This document shows, in pieces, positions 20,612 through 29,177 of a DNA stretch of 64,000 nucleotides (position 1 is the first letter of the stretch; every line of letters begins with the position of its first letter). The position numbers and the translations under genes were made by a program. The stretch is taken from positions 512,001 through 576,000 of the forward strand of contig JBMNIH010000002.1 in assembly GCA_050950825.1 (NCBI GenBank). Direction: 5' to 3'. Below the pieces are notes generated by a model, which saw only the letters and a list, made by a program, of their open reading frames with translations, had not been told where the DNA came from and made no database searches. Source of the DNA: Clostridia bacterium. GTDB lineage: Bacteria; Bacillota; Clostridia; JAAYHZ01.

Positions 20612-21513
20612 TCTCCATAATTAGGGGGTCAAACCGCAAAAGGCGGTAAAGTGCTGATGACGTTGCATTTTGTTAAAACCGAATTTATGCTTGCATTTTT
20701 ACGAGACTCGAACGATTCGCAATCGGTAATCGATGTTTTCGACAAACTGACAGAGCTTTTGGGTCTTGACACGTTTCGAAAACTGTTTCCCATACTTTTG
20801 GCTGACAAGGGCAGTGAATTTACGAACCCGAAAGCGATTGAATACTACCGAGTAACCGGAGAAGTTAGAACTAAGGTCTTTTATTGCGATTCGTATTCAG
20901 CTTATCAAAGGGCATCACAAGAAAAAAATCACGGGGAACTGAGGAAGATCTTACCGAAAGGAACAAGCTTCGATAATCTCGTGCAGGAAGATATTAATCT
21001 TGTAATGAACCACATAAATTCTTACTCCGGATTATCTTTAAATGATAGAACTCCTCATGAAGTGTTTAAATTTATGTTTGGTGAAGAAGTAATAAAAAAA
21101 TTGGGATCCAAACTCATTGAACCGAATAATATTTGTTTGAATCCCGATTTATTAAAGTATTAATAATTATCCGAAAGGCATCGTTCTGCCAATTATTACC
21201 TTTTAACCGTAGTGGATTTTACCTTTGCAAAAAAGTGAAGAAATCAACACGGTTTGTTTGCTATGCAAAAAAACAGGTAATAAATGAAGCATTCACTTGC
21301 TTTTTGCAGAAAAAATCCTTCCATAGTAACAATTCTTCCTTGTTAGAATAATTTTATCCCACCTTATGCAATAATTTTTTAGGATGGATGGAATTTAACC
21401 TTGCAAAGTGGACTTTACTTTTTCAATCAAGGCGTCTTTTAAAAATCGAAGGCTAAAAAAGGCAAATAATGTGATATAATCGAAGCATCACCAATGGAAA
21501 GAGGGTTTTCGTT

Positions 21514-22278
21514 ATGAAGATTCGGAATATCGGTTTGGAGTTGTATTCGGTAAGAGAAGATTTGGCGGAAGATTTGTACGGCACATTGGAAAAGGTAAAA
21601 GCCATCGGCTACAAGGGAGTTGAATTTTTCGGCGAGTACACGCATACCGCGGAAGTAATAGCCGACGCCTTGGATAAAACGGGGCTTGTTTGCTGCGGTT
21701 GGCACACCCCTTGGCACTACGTTCAAGAGGATAAACTGGAAGCAACCATAGCCTACAACAAAACCATCAATAACAAGTATATCGTAGTGCCCGGACTTCC
21801 CGGTGATCTGACAAAAAGCAAAGAAGGCTGGCTTACGGTAGCTAAAAAATTCAACGAGTTGGCCAAAACGTTAAAAGAGCACGGAATGATGATCGGCTAC
21901 CACAACCACCATGCGGAATTCATTCCTTTCCCGGACGGCACCGTGCCTTATTATCTGTTATTTGATAACACCGACAAGGAGGTTATCGTTCAATTGGACA
22001 ACGGAAACGCATTAAAAGGAGACGGCAAAATTTACGATGTTCCTAAGCGTTATCCCGGCCGTATGACCACCGTTCATTTAAAACCCTATTCTTTTACGAA
22101 CGGTTTTGATACCATGATCGGTCAAGACGACATCGATCTTTTACAATTCGTATCCCTTTGCGAGGAATACGGAAAGACCGATTGGTACATCGTCGAGTAC
22201 GAAAGCAAAAAGCTGTATGCGCCCATGGACGGTGTACGGCTCTGCTATGAAGCCATTGAAAAATTAGGATTGATCTGA
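21514..22278 (+). CDS. Sugar phosphate isomerase/epimerase (xylose isomerase-like TIM barrel)
   Basis: LYSVRE, GYKGVEF, GYHNH, QLDNGN, VHLK, IVEYE. Confidence 0.88.
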   Translation: MKIRNIGLELYSVREDLAEDLYGTLEKVKAIGYKGVEFFGEYTHTAEVIADALDKTGLVCCGWHTPWHYVQEDKLEATIAYNKTINNKYIVVPGLPGDLTKSKEGWLTVAKKFNELAKTLKEHGMMIGYHNHHAEFIPFPDGTVPYYLLFDNTDKEVIVQLDNGNALKGDGKIYDVPKRYPGRMTTVHLKPYSFTNGFDTMIGQDDIDLLQFVSLCEEYGKTDWYIVEYESKKLYAPMDGVRLCYEAIEKLGLI

Positions 22279-22293
22279 TTCTTGCATCAAAAC

Positions 22294-22318
22294 AGGGAAC
22301 GGAAGGGTTCCCTTTTTT
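22294..22318 (+). terminator. Rho-independent terminator
   Basis: AGGGAAC-loop-GTTCCCT followed by a T run. Confidence 0.75.
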
Positions 22319-22415
22319 GTTTGCCAAGCTTTTGTTGATCTTTGTTTTATTCGTATTCATTCGAATAGGAATGTGCTATAATTATTCTTAATTTTTACTT
22401 AAGGGGTAATGGATT

Positions 22416-23168
22416 TTGAACGAAGTATTCAAAGGAACGGTGAATATATATAAAGGGTTTGAAATCGATACGGAGGATGTGCCGGATTCGGAAGACGCAT
22501 TCGTAAAAAAGATGGAAAGCTCCATAGCCCGGTGGAAGGAAGAATGCATGGAAGTGGTTTGGCTTACCATTCCGGAGTCGAAAAGCCGGCTAATTCCTAT
22601 CGCCTTATCTTACGGATTTAAATTTCATCATACACAAAAAGATACCCTGGTTCTCATTAAGAAAATGCACGAACATGCCTTTGTCGTCCCCTATGCTTCC
22701 CATTACATAGGCGTTGGCGGCGTTGTCATCGATGATAAGAACCGACTTTTGGTGGTGCGAGAGTTTTACAAAAACGGAACCTCCGTCCACTATAAGCTCC
22801 CGGGCGGAACCTTGGAAGAGCACGAGCATATAGAAGCCGGTATTATTCGGGAGGTATTGGAGGAAACGGGAATCAAAACCGTATTTCAGTCCTTGGTCTG
22901 TTTTCGCCATCGACACCGGTTTCGTTTCGATAAGTCGGATATATATATGATTTGTCTTTTAAAGCCGTTAAATCATGATATTGTCAGGGAGACGGAAGAA
23001 ATTGCCGAAGCTTTATGGATGGATATTGACGAATATTTGTCGCACGAACATGTCCATGCATTGAATAAGGAAATTGTCCGTGCCGCATTGAGCGGGCATC
23101 ATTTGTATAAAAAAGACGTGGAAGGATACCCGGTAGACAAAAACGAGTACGAGATCTTCTTGCCTTAA
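22416..23168 (+). CDS. NUDIX hydrolase, NUDT6/plant Nudix-like with N-terminal extension
   Basis: GFKFHH, PYASHYIGVGGVV, Nudix box PGG...IREVLEETGI. Confidence 0.85.
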   Translation: MNEVFKGTVNIYKGFEIDTEDVPDSEDAFVKKMESSIARWKEECMEVVWLTIPESKSRLIPIALSYGFKFHHTQKDTLVLIKKMHEHAFVVPYASHYIGVGGVVIDDKNRLLVVREFYKNGTSVHYKLPGGTLEEHEHIEAGIIREVLEETGIKTVFQSLVCFRHRHRFRFDKSDIYMICLLKPLNHDIVRETEEIAEALWMDIDEYLSHEHVHALNKEIVRAALSGHHLYKKDVEGYPVDKNEYEIFLP

Positions 23169-23409
23169 GCTTATAAAAAAAGTTGCACGGAGGGATCAAA
23201 AGCCATGCAACTTTGTATACCGGTGCGAAGATCTCCTCGAAACACCGTATATTATGTTAACATTATATGACCTTTCGGAAGCAATGGTTCCCCCTATGCC
23301 TTAAAAAATGTTTTTCATTTAAGAATCATGATAATAGTCCGACCGGGCTATACATATTACAAGAAGCTATCGACAAACGTGCATAACTTAAATACCAAGG
23401 GAGACGGCA

Positions 23410-23562
23410 ATGAATATGACGCATGACGAAAGGTTTGTTAGAAAAAGCAAAAAGCGGCAAATCATCTCCACGGTGATCAAGTACATTCTGCTGTTCACCT
23501 TGGTCGGTTGCATTGCCGCCGTTTCTTACATCATTTATTTCATTCGTCTTTTGATTTATTAA
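23410..23562 (+). CDS. Small 50-aa membrane protein (below ORF-track cutoff)
   Basis: AAGGGAG SD; MNMTHDERFVRKSKKRQ followed by one long hydrophobic segment. Confidence 0.6.
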   Translation: MNMTHDERFVRKSKKRQIISTVIKYILLFTLVGCIAAVSYIIYFIRLLIY

Positions 23563-23571
23563 TCGTGTCTA

Positions 23572-24042
23572 TTAACGCAATTCTTCCCTGTTCTTTTCAA
23601 TGATACGAATGGCTTGCTCCAGCGTATCTTGAATTTGAGCCAGCAGATTATCCGCGTATTCCCTCGCGCCGATACGAATTTCCCTCGCATTCTTCTGGGA
23701 TTCCGCGATGGTTTGGTTTGCTTGCTCGTAAGCCTTCTTGGTGATTTCGTGCTCGTTGATTAAGGCTTGTACCTTTCCTTCGGCCTCGCTTAGCATCTTT
23801 TGAGCCTGGGCCTTCGCTTCGTTTAAAATACGTTCCCTCTCCTCTTTCACCCATTTGGCTTGTTTAATATCGTCGGGTACTCTTTCCTTCAACTCCAAAA
23901 TGTAATCCAGAACTTCGTCCCGGTCGATTAAACATTTTCCGGACAAGGGAACCGACGTGCTGTTGCTGACAATATCCTCAAGCGTATCTAAAATTTTTAA
24001 GATCTCCACTTTGTTTCCCCCTTTATCTGCAATCAAAATCAA
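23572..24042 (-). CDS. Conserved coiled-coil protein downstream of coaD (often annotated ATPase/DivIVA-like); start may be GTG near 24009
   Basis: VPLSGKCLID...PDDIKQAKWV...GAREYAD; usual Clostridial rsmD-coaD context. Confidence 0.75.
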   Translation of the reverse strand: MILIADKGGNKVEILKILDTLEDIVSNSTSVPLSGKCLIDRDEVLDYILELKERVPDDIKQAKWVKEERERILNEAKAQAQKMLSEAEGKVQALINEHEITKKAYEQANQTIAESQKNAREIRIGAREYADNLLAQIQDTLEQAIRIIEKNREELR

Positions 24043-24070
24043 TGATAAGATTTTACAGTTTGATCCTTTT

Positions 24071-24562
24071 TCACTTCATCATTTTTTTACGGCTTAACGC
24101 GATAATATCTTCACGGATACATTCCGGGACCAATCCGGTAATGTCCGCGTCGTTTCTTAAAAATTCTCTTACGGCTCCGGAGCTTATATAGCTGTATTCC
24201 GGAGAGGCCATGAAAAACAGGGTTTCCACATCCGGGTTCAATTTTCGATTCAGCATGGCCATTTGGTACTCGTATTCAAAATCGCTGACGGCTCTTAAGC
24301 CCCGAACCAATGCCGTCGCCTTCTTTATTCTTGCATACTCCGTTGTGAGCCCGGAATAGCTTTCAATTTCTATTTTTTCGTTTCCGTTGAATACTTTCTT
24401 TAAAAACGCGATTCTTTCCTCCAACGTAAAAAACGTATTTTTCAAAGAGTTTTCCCCTAAGGCTATGATCAACTTGTCGCAATGGTCCGCTGCTCTTGTA
24501 ATAATATCCGCATGACCGCTTGTGACCGGGTCATAACTGCCGGGGCAAATGTAAATTTTCAT
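24071..24562 (-). CDS. coaD: Pantetheine-phosphate adenylyltransferase
   Basis: PGSYDPVTSGH, RGLRAVSDFEYE, YISSG. Confidence 0.96.
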   Translation of the reverse strand: MKIYICPGSYDPVTSGHADIITRAADHCDKLIIALGENSLKNTFFTLEERIAFLKKVFNGNEKIEIESYSGLTTEYARIKKATALVRGLRAVSDFEYEYQMAMLNRKLNPDVETLFFMASPEYSYISSGAVREFLRNDADITGLVPECIREDIIALSRKKMMK

Positions 24563-24591
24563 AAAAGCTTTTTCCTTTCACGATATGAAAT

Positions 24592-25137
24592 TTACCCCTT
24601 AGCGTAAAATACCGTTATTTTTGTACCCCCGTATAAGTATTCCCTGTATATTTGAAAATGATGATATCTGTCCTCAATGATGTCATCGGCGCTGCTTTCG
24701 CATACAATGACTCCCTTTTCGTTTATTATATCATTTATATCCAACATTGATAACGATTTTTGTATAAAATTTTTGTCGTAGGGAGGATCCATAAAAACAA
24801 GGTCATACTTATCCTTGCAGGCATCTAAATAAGCAAAGACATCCTTTTGCACCACGGTACCTTTATTAAGAAGCTTTGTTTTTTCCAAATTGGTTTTTAT
24901 CACGGAAATGCTGTTACGGTCGTTGTCCACAAAAACACAGGAGAGCGCCCCGCGGCTCAAAGCTTCGATTCCCAGCGCTCCGGTTCCTGCAAACAAATCC
25001 AATACCTTATCGACCAAAACGCGGGTAGATAATATGGAAAATATGGCCTCCTTGACCTTGTCGGTGGTAGGCCGGGTATGCATTCCTTTTACCGCTATTA
25101 ATTTGGTTCCTTTTGCCGTACCGGTTATAACCCTCAT
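24592..25137 (-). CDS. rsmD: 16S rRNA m2G966 methyltransferase
   Basis: MRVITG, RPTTDKVKEAIF, LDLFAGTG, DPPY. Confidence 0.95.
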   Translation of the reverse strand: MRVITGTAKGTKLIAVKGMHTRPTTDKVKEAIFSILSTRVLVDKVLDLFAGTGALGIEALSRGALSCVFVDNDRNSISVIKTNLEKTKLLNKGTVVQKDVFAYLDACKDKYDLVFMDPPYDKNFIQKSLSMLDINDIINEKGVIVCESSADDIIEDRYHHFQIYREYLYGGTKITVFYAKG

Positions 25138-25138
25138 G

Positions 25139-25687
25139 CTATATCCCCTTCAATTCGCCGGCGATTCGAAAGCCTAAAAAATCCGTTTGCCTGTAGGCCT
25201 CGTAAAGAACAATGGCTACGGAGTTGCTCAGGTTCAAGGATCGAATATCGTTTATCATGGGAATTCGAATGCAGTGCTCGTAGTTTTCTCTTAGCAGGTC
25301 CTCCGGCAGCCCCTTCGTTTCCTTTCCGAAAACGAGAAACGCCCCGTCCTCATATCGAACTTGGTCGTACCGCAATGCGGCCTTCGTACTGGAAAAATAA
25401 AAAGGGTGACTTCGATATTTTTCCCTTAATTCCCGAAAGCTATCATGGTAATGGATTTCCACTTCGTCCCAATAATCCAGCCCGGCTCTTTTTAAATGCT
25501 TGTCGCTTATCTCAAAGCCCAAAGGCCTTACCAAATGCAAAACACTGCCGGTTGCGGCACAGGTCCGGACAATGTTTCCGGTATTCTGCGGTATTTCCGG
25601 TTCAACCAGCACCACATGAAATTGTACTCCTTTTATCAAATAGGATTCTCCTTTCAATTGTCGGTCGTTTTCCTGCCGTTCAGCCAT
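25139..25687 (-). CDS. trmL: tRNA (cytidine/uridine-34 2'-O)-methyltransferase; true start probably downstream of 25687
   Basis: EPEIPQNTGNI, RAGLDYW, FGKETKGLP, RSLNLSNS. Confidence 0.93.
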   Translation of the reverse strand: MAERQENDRQLKGESYLIKGVQFHVVLVEPEIPQNTGNIVRTCAATGSVLHLVRPLGFEISDKHLKRAGLDYWDEVEIHYHDSFRELREKYRSHPFYFSSTKAALRYDQVRYEDGAFLVFGKETKGLPEDLLRENYEHCIRIPMINDIRSLNLSNSVAIVLYEAYRQTDFLGFRIAGELKGI

Positions 25688-26844
25688 TTGGCGGCTAACA
25701 GGCGCCGCTTAATGTCAATCGCTCCTTCAGGACACAGCTCTTGGCAGCAAAAGCATCGAATGCATCGGTTTAAATCCACCCGGGGAAGCTTGTCTTCCAT
25801 TTGAATCACCTGAGGCGGGCAGCTTTTTGAACATATCCCGCATCCGATACATTTATCCAAATGAAACCGAGGATAAGGCGTAAATATTTGAAAGGCTTTT
25901 CCGAAAAGAGAACGTTGGGTAAAGTCGATACGATGCAGCGTATCGTAAGGAGGCGTTTTGAAATCGTATACGATACGGGATTTCAAATCTTCTCCCACAA
26001 CTTGGATCAGATCTACGCTGTCTTTACAGTATCCTCTTTTTACCCCTTCGGCTAAAACGGGTATCCATTCCGGATTTATATGAATCAGGGTGGCTGCCGC
26101 CAAATCCAAATCGAACCCGTTGTCCGAAGCAAGCAAAAGTCCTAAATCCCGCGGCGTTCCGTTGGAGGGACCCATGCCTTCCATGGCGGTTACGGCATCC
26201 ATTAAAACGAGCCCCGGTTTTACGCTTAAATAGATATCGATCAGCGTATTGGCAAAATCACGGTAATGGTGCATTCGCAAATGATATTCCGCTTTCTCGG
26301 TTCCGGGTATGGCGCCGAACATGTTCTTTATCGCTCCCGTGTACAGCATCTGCCCGTGGGTTTTCAGCTTCGGCAGATCAATGATAAAGTCGGCATCGAC
26401 TAAAGGCTTTAATACGGTAAGCTTTTTCAGATAAAGCCCTTCCGGATTTTCAATGTCGACAATCGAAGTATCGTAATTCAATTCGATTCCGGCTTCTTTG
26501 GCGATTTTTGTGATCCCGCAGCCGGAATATACGGCTTTTAACATTGCCGCCGAGTAAGGACCTCCCGGACTTTCCACGATTTTAGGATGTCCGCCCGCTT
26601 CTTTTACCAAAACGCCGACGGCGTACACAACTTCCGGGTGTACGGTAGCCGCCGAGTCGGGAGATTTTCTCGTCAACAGGTTCGGTTTTAAAGCGACATT
26701 CATACCGGGCTTGATATATTTTTTTATACCTCCGATAAGATCGAATGCTTTTCGGACCGCTTCCAAAACCCGTTCTCTGTCATAATTCTCACATTTAACG
26801 ATGGATACGCTGCTCAATGTTTTCGTCCTCTCCTTTTCATTCAA
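25654..26844 (-). CDS. DUF362 protein with 2x 4Fe-4S domain
   Basis: LKPNLL, PKLKTH, GAIKNMFG; two CxxCxxCxxxCP motifs. Confidence 0.88.
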   Translation of the reverse strand: MNEKERTKTLSSVSIVKCENYDRERVLEAVRKAFDLIGGIKKYIKPGMNVALKPNLLTRKSPDSAATVHPEVVYAVGVLVKEAGGHPKIVESPGGPYSAAMLKAVYSGCGITKIAKEAGIELNYDTSIVDIENPEGLYLKKLTVLKPLVDADFIIDLPKLKTHGQMLYTGAIKNMFGAIPGTEKAEYHLRMHHYRDFANTLIDIYLSVKPGLVLMDAVTAMEGMGPSNGTPRDLGLLLASDNGFDLDLAAATLIHINPEWIPVLAEGVKRGYCKDSVDLIQVVGEDLKSRIVYDFKTPPYDTLHRIDFTQRSLFGKAFQIFTPYPRFHLDKCIGCGICSKSCPPQVIQMEDKLPRVDLNRCIRCFCCQELCPEGAIDIKRRLLAAKWLNGRKTTDN

Positions 26845-27012
26845 ACGTTAATATTATAGCACAGGTGAAAAGAACGTGTCCATTTACGAAAAAAACCAAG
26901 GCAATGCAAAAACGTATCGTTTTTACGGAATGTGTTGTGTAGACAAAAAAGAAAGGACGCAAGGATTTCGTCCTCATAAGTCCTTTCCTTCATATGTTAT
27001 TACGATATGTTA

Positions 27013-28194
27013 TTACGCTTGTTTCATGACGATGGCCTTTACGGGGCAAAGGGCTTCGCAAATGCCGCAGCCTACGCATTTTTCAGGATCGATAACCGCC
27101 TTTTTGTTTACCATTCTTACGGCATCGCAGTGAGCCGGCTTTTCGCATTTGCCGCATCCGATGCATTTTTCCGTATTAACGGAAGCCCAACCCTTCAACG
27201 CTTCCAAATCCTTGGAGGAACGCAAGTATTGCAGGGATTTTCCCGTTATTTGACCGTAATCGTCGTAACCCATTTTTTGAAGGTATTTTTCCATGCCCTC
27301 CACTTGCTTTGCGATATTCTCCCAGCCGTACCACATGGCCGCCGTGCAAACCGTTACTAACGTGGCACCCCACATCATCATCATAATGCTGTCTTCCCAC
27401 GTTTCCAAACCTCCGCCGCCTATAACGGGAAGATTCGTTTTCTTCGCAATGTTTGCCACAAGGGAAAAGCCCATAAGCTTGGTTGCAGGTCCGCCTAGGC
27501 TGCCGTGAGCCACTCCGTTCAAAAGATGATATCCGGGCTTTCCTTCGTTGTAGATGTCTACAAGAGGAAGAGACGATTGGGCGCCTGCCACGCAGATTCC
27601 GTCCGCTCCGGCATTTTCCGCCGCTTTTGCCGTCACCCCGATATCCGCAACGTTAGGTGTAAGCTTCACCACCACGGGAATCTTGACGGAGTCTTTCAAA
27701 ACCTTTACGATGGCGGCAATCCTCTCCGGATTTTGACCGGTAACCGCTCCCCCGTGCTCGGAAGAAGAAATGGCTTCGGAGCCGAATATGTTTCTTGTGG
27801 ATAGTCCTACGTTGGGGCAAACCATATTGGCTTCGATCAAATCGGCACCCGCTTCTTCGTGTTTTCGAGCAAGAAGGCTCCAGCCGTCCGGGTCCGTACC
27901 GTCATGGGTGATGTTGGCAAAAAGCTTTAACGAGGTCCTTTTCTTTGCTTCGTCGATCAGCTTTAAGCTTTCCTCCATATCGTGTCTTCGATCGTAGCAT
28001 ATGATGCTTCCGTTTTTTAAATAGGTGTGCATTCTTAGTTTTCCGTAAAAGGGCTGCTTAATAAAAGCCAATTTCGTGCTGACACCGGCGGCTCCCGCTT
28101 TTTCCGCTTCAATCAACCGATCAATGGTGCTGGTCAGAGGACTGGATGCGATGACCATAGGATTTTTAAATGAAACTCCGCAATATTGTATCAT
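27013..28194 (-). CDS. Dihydroorotate/dihydropyrimidine dehydrogenase-like (PreA-type) flavoprotein with C-terminal ferredoxin
   Basis: KNPMVIASSP, EANMVCPN, VKLTPNV, IGGGG; CIGCGKC and CVGCGICEALCP. Confidence 0.8.
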   Translation of the reverse strand: MIQYCGVSFKNPMVIASSPLTSTIDRLIEAEKAGAAGVSTKLAFIKQPFYGKLRMHTYLKNGSIICYDRRHDMEESLKLIDEAKKRTSLKLFANITHDGTDPDGWSLLARKHEEAGADLIEANMVCPNVGLSTRNIFGSEAISSSEHGGAVTGQNPERIAAIVKVLKDSVKIPVVVKLTPNVADIGVTAKAAENAGADGICVAGAQSSLPLVDIYNEGKPGYHLLNGVAHGSLGGPATKLMGFSLVANIAKKTNLPVIGGGGLETWEDSIMMMMWGATLVTVCTAAMWYGWENIAKQVEGMEKYLQKMGYDDYGQITGKSLQYLRSSKDLEALKGWASVNTEKCIGCGKCEKPAHCDAVRMVNKKAVIDPEKCVGCGICEALCPVKAIVMKQA

Positions 28195-28294
28195 TTCGAC
28201 CTCCGATTTAGAGTATGTAAATAACTGGTTAGTTACTTTATGTTCTAAAAAATATCCCGTTTAAGGGACAAAGAATAAGTAACCGTTTGGTTAC

Positions 28295-28323
28295 ATTATA
28301 TACAAAACGCTTTGTAACGTCAA
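28295..28323 (-). promoter_or_regulatory. SigA promoter with a palindromic operator in the spacer
   Basis: TTGACG-N17-TATAAT; the spacer contains TACAAAGCGTTTTGTA. Confidence 0.7.
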
Positions 28324-28417
28324 TACTTTTCTTTGTAATATATTATGGATCTTTTTAGCCAAAGAAAAGCGGAACCCTTTTTAGGTCCCGTCTTCATTTA
28401 CCTTCTTTCATTTTAAT

Positions 28418-29074
28418 TCACTCTTTAAAATCTATTTTATTGATATGCTCCGTAATTCGTTTTAAGATCTCCTCGCCTTTTTCCTTCGTCACTTTCCCCT
28501 CTTTGACCTTCAACTCGATATCCGCTTTTGCTTGCGCCAGTACGGCTTCCTTGAAGCGGGTCAGATTCCCTTGGGCGTGAGCCAATTGCCATACATTCTT
28601 ATCTTGCTTTTCGCATTCCGTTTTAATCTCGTCAATGCTTTTTCCGGTTAATTCGCTGTAGATTTTAATAAATTTTTCTTGTCTTTGCCTCATCTGTTCC
28701 GCCTTTTCTTTACCGGGAACGGGGCATGTTTCATCGCTTTTTTCCCGGGTTTCTAGAGGTTTTTTCGGCGGTTCTTTCCGTTCCTTCGGAAGAGCATTCA
28801 ATTCGCCTTTTGAAAAGTCTTTCCTCTTTTCCATGGAGAACCGTTTGTAAATGATGTCGCCTTCCGATTCCTTCATTTTCTTTTCCAAATCGGCGATCTT
28901 TTTGTTCGCATCCTCTTTGGAAATCAACCGGTCTTTGACTTTTTGCTCCATCAGAGCTTTATAGAATTCCAAGTACTTTTTTTCAATTTTCGACATATTG
29001 CCGGCGGCATAAGCGACACCGGCCGTCATGATTAGGGTCCATGCCAATACCAAAGAAACAATTTTCTTCATCAT
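28418..29074 (-). CDS. Secreted hypothetical protein (DUF2680-like helical repeats)
   Basis: Signal peptide; two VKD/EGxxT/SKE.A/G motifs; Lys/Glu-rich. Confidence 0.6.
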   Translation of the reverse strand: MMKKIVSLVLAWTLIMTAGVAYAAGNMSKIEKKYLEFYKALMEQKVKDRLISKEDANKKIADLEKKMKESEGDIIYKRFSMEKRKDFSKGELNALPKERKEPPKKPLETREKSDETCPVPGKEKAEQMRQRQEKFIKIYSELTGKSIDEIKTECEKQDKNVWQLAHAQGNLTRFKEAVLAQAKADIELKVKEGKVTKEKGEEILKRITEHINKIDFKE

Positions 29075-29177
29075 GATCCTCCGTTTGAATTTTTTCATAG
29101 ACTTATTATCATTCAGGAAGGACCGTCCTATACTTGGCTATTTACGGTAAAAGCATTTTCATTTCTTTAATATGACA

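Larger units (their letters stand above)
19275..20636 (+). mobile_element. IS3-family insertion sequence nested in the IS30 transposase
   Basis: Imperfect IRs CTATTTAGCCCCCTAAT...GGAGA / CGGTTTGACCCCCTAAT...GGAGA; 4-bp duplication CAAA (19271-19274, 20637-20640); very AT-rich. Confidence 0.9.
18500..21163 (+). pseudogene. IS30-family transposase, frameshifted near 19235 and interrupted by IS3 at 19275
   Basis: HLTLSDR...TTISKEVRR HTH; VVEMDSVLGT|KGGK rejoins across the insertion; ADKGSEF and EKNHGELRKILPKG DDE motifs. Confidence 0.9.
17991..21432 (+). mobile_element. IS30-family insertion sequence (about 2.08 kb without the nested IS3)
   Basis: 25-bp terminal IRs CTTTAATCGAAAAAGTAAAGTCCAC / CCTTGATTGAAAAAGTAAAGTCCAC (22/25 match); flanking 13-bp direct repeat CGTCTTTTAAAAA at 17978-17990 and 21433-21445. 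Confidence 0.9.
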
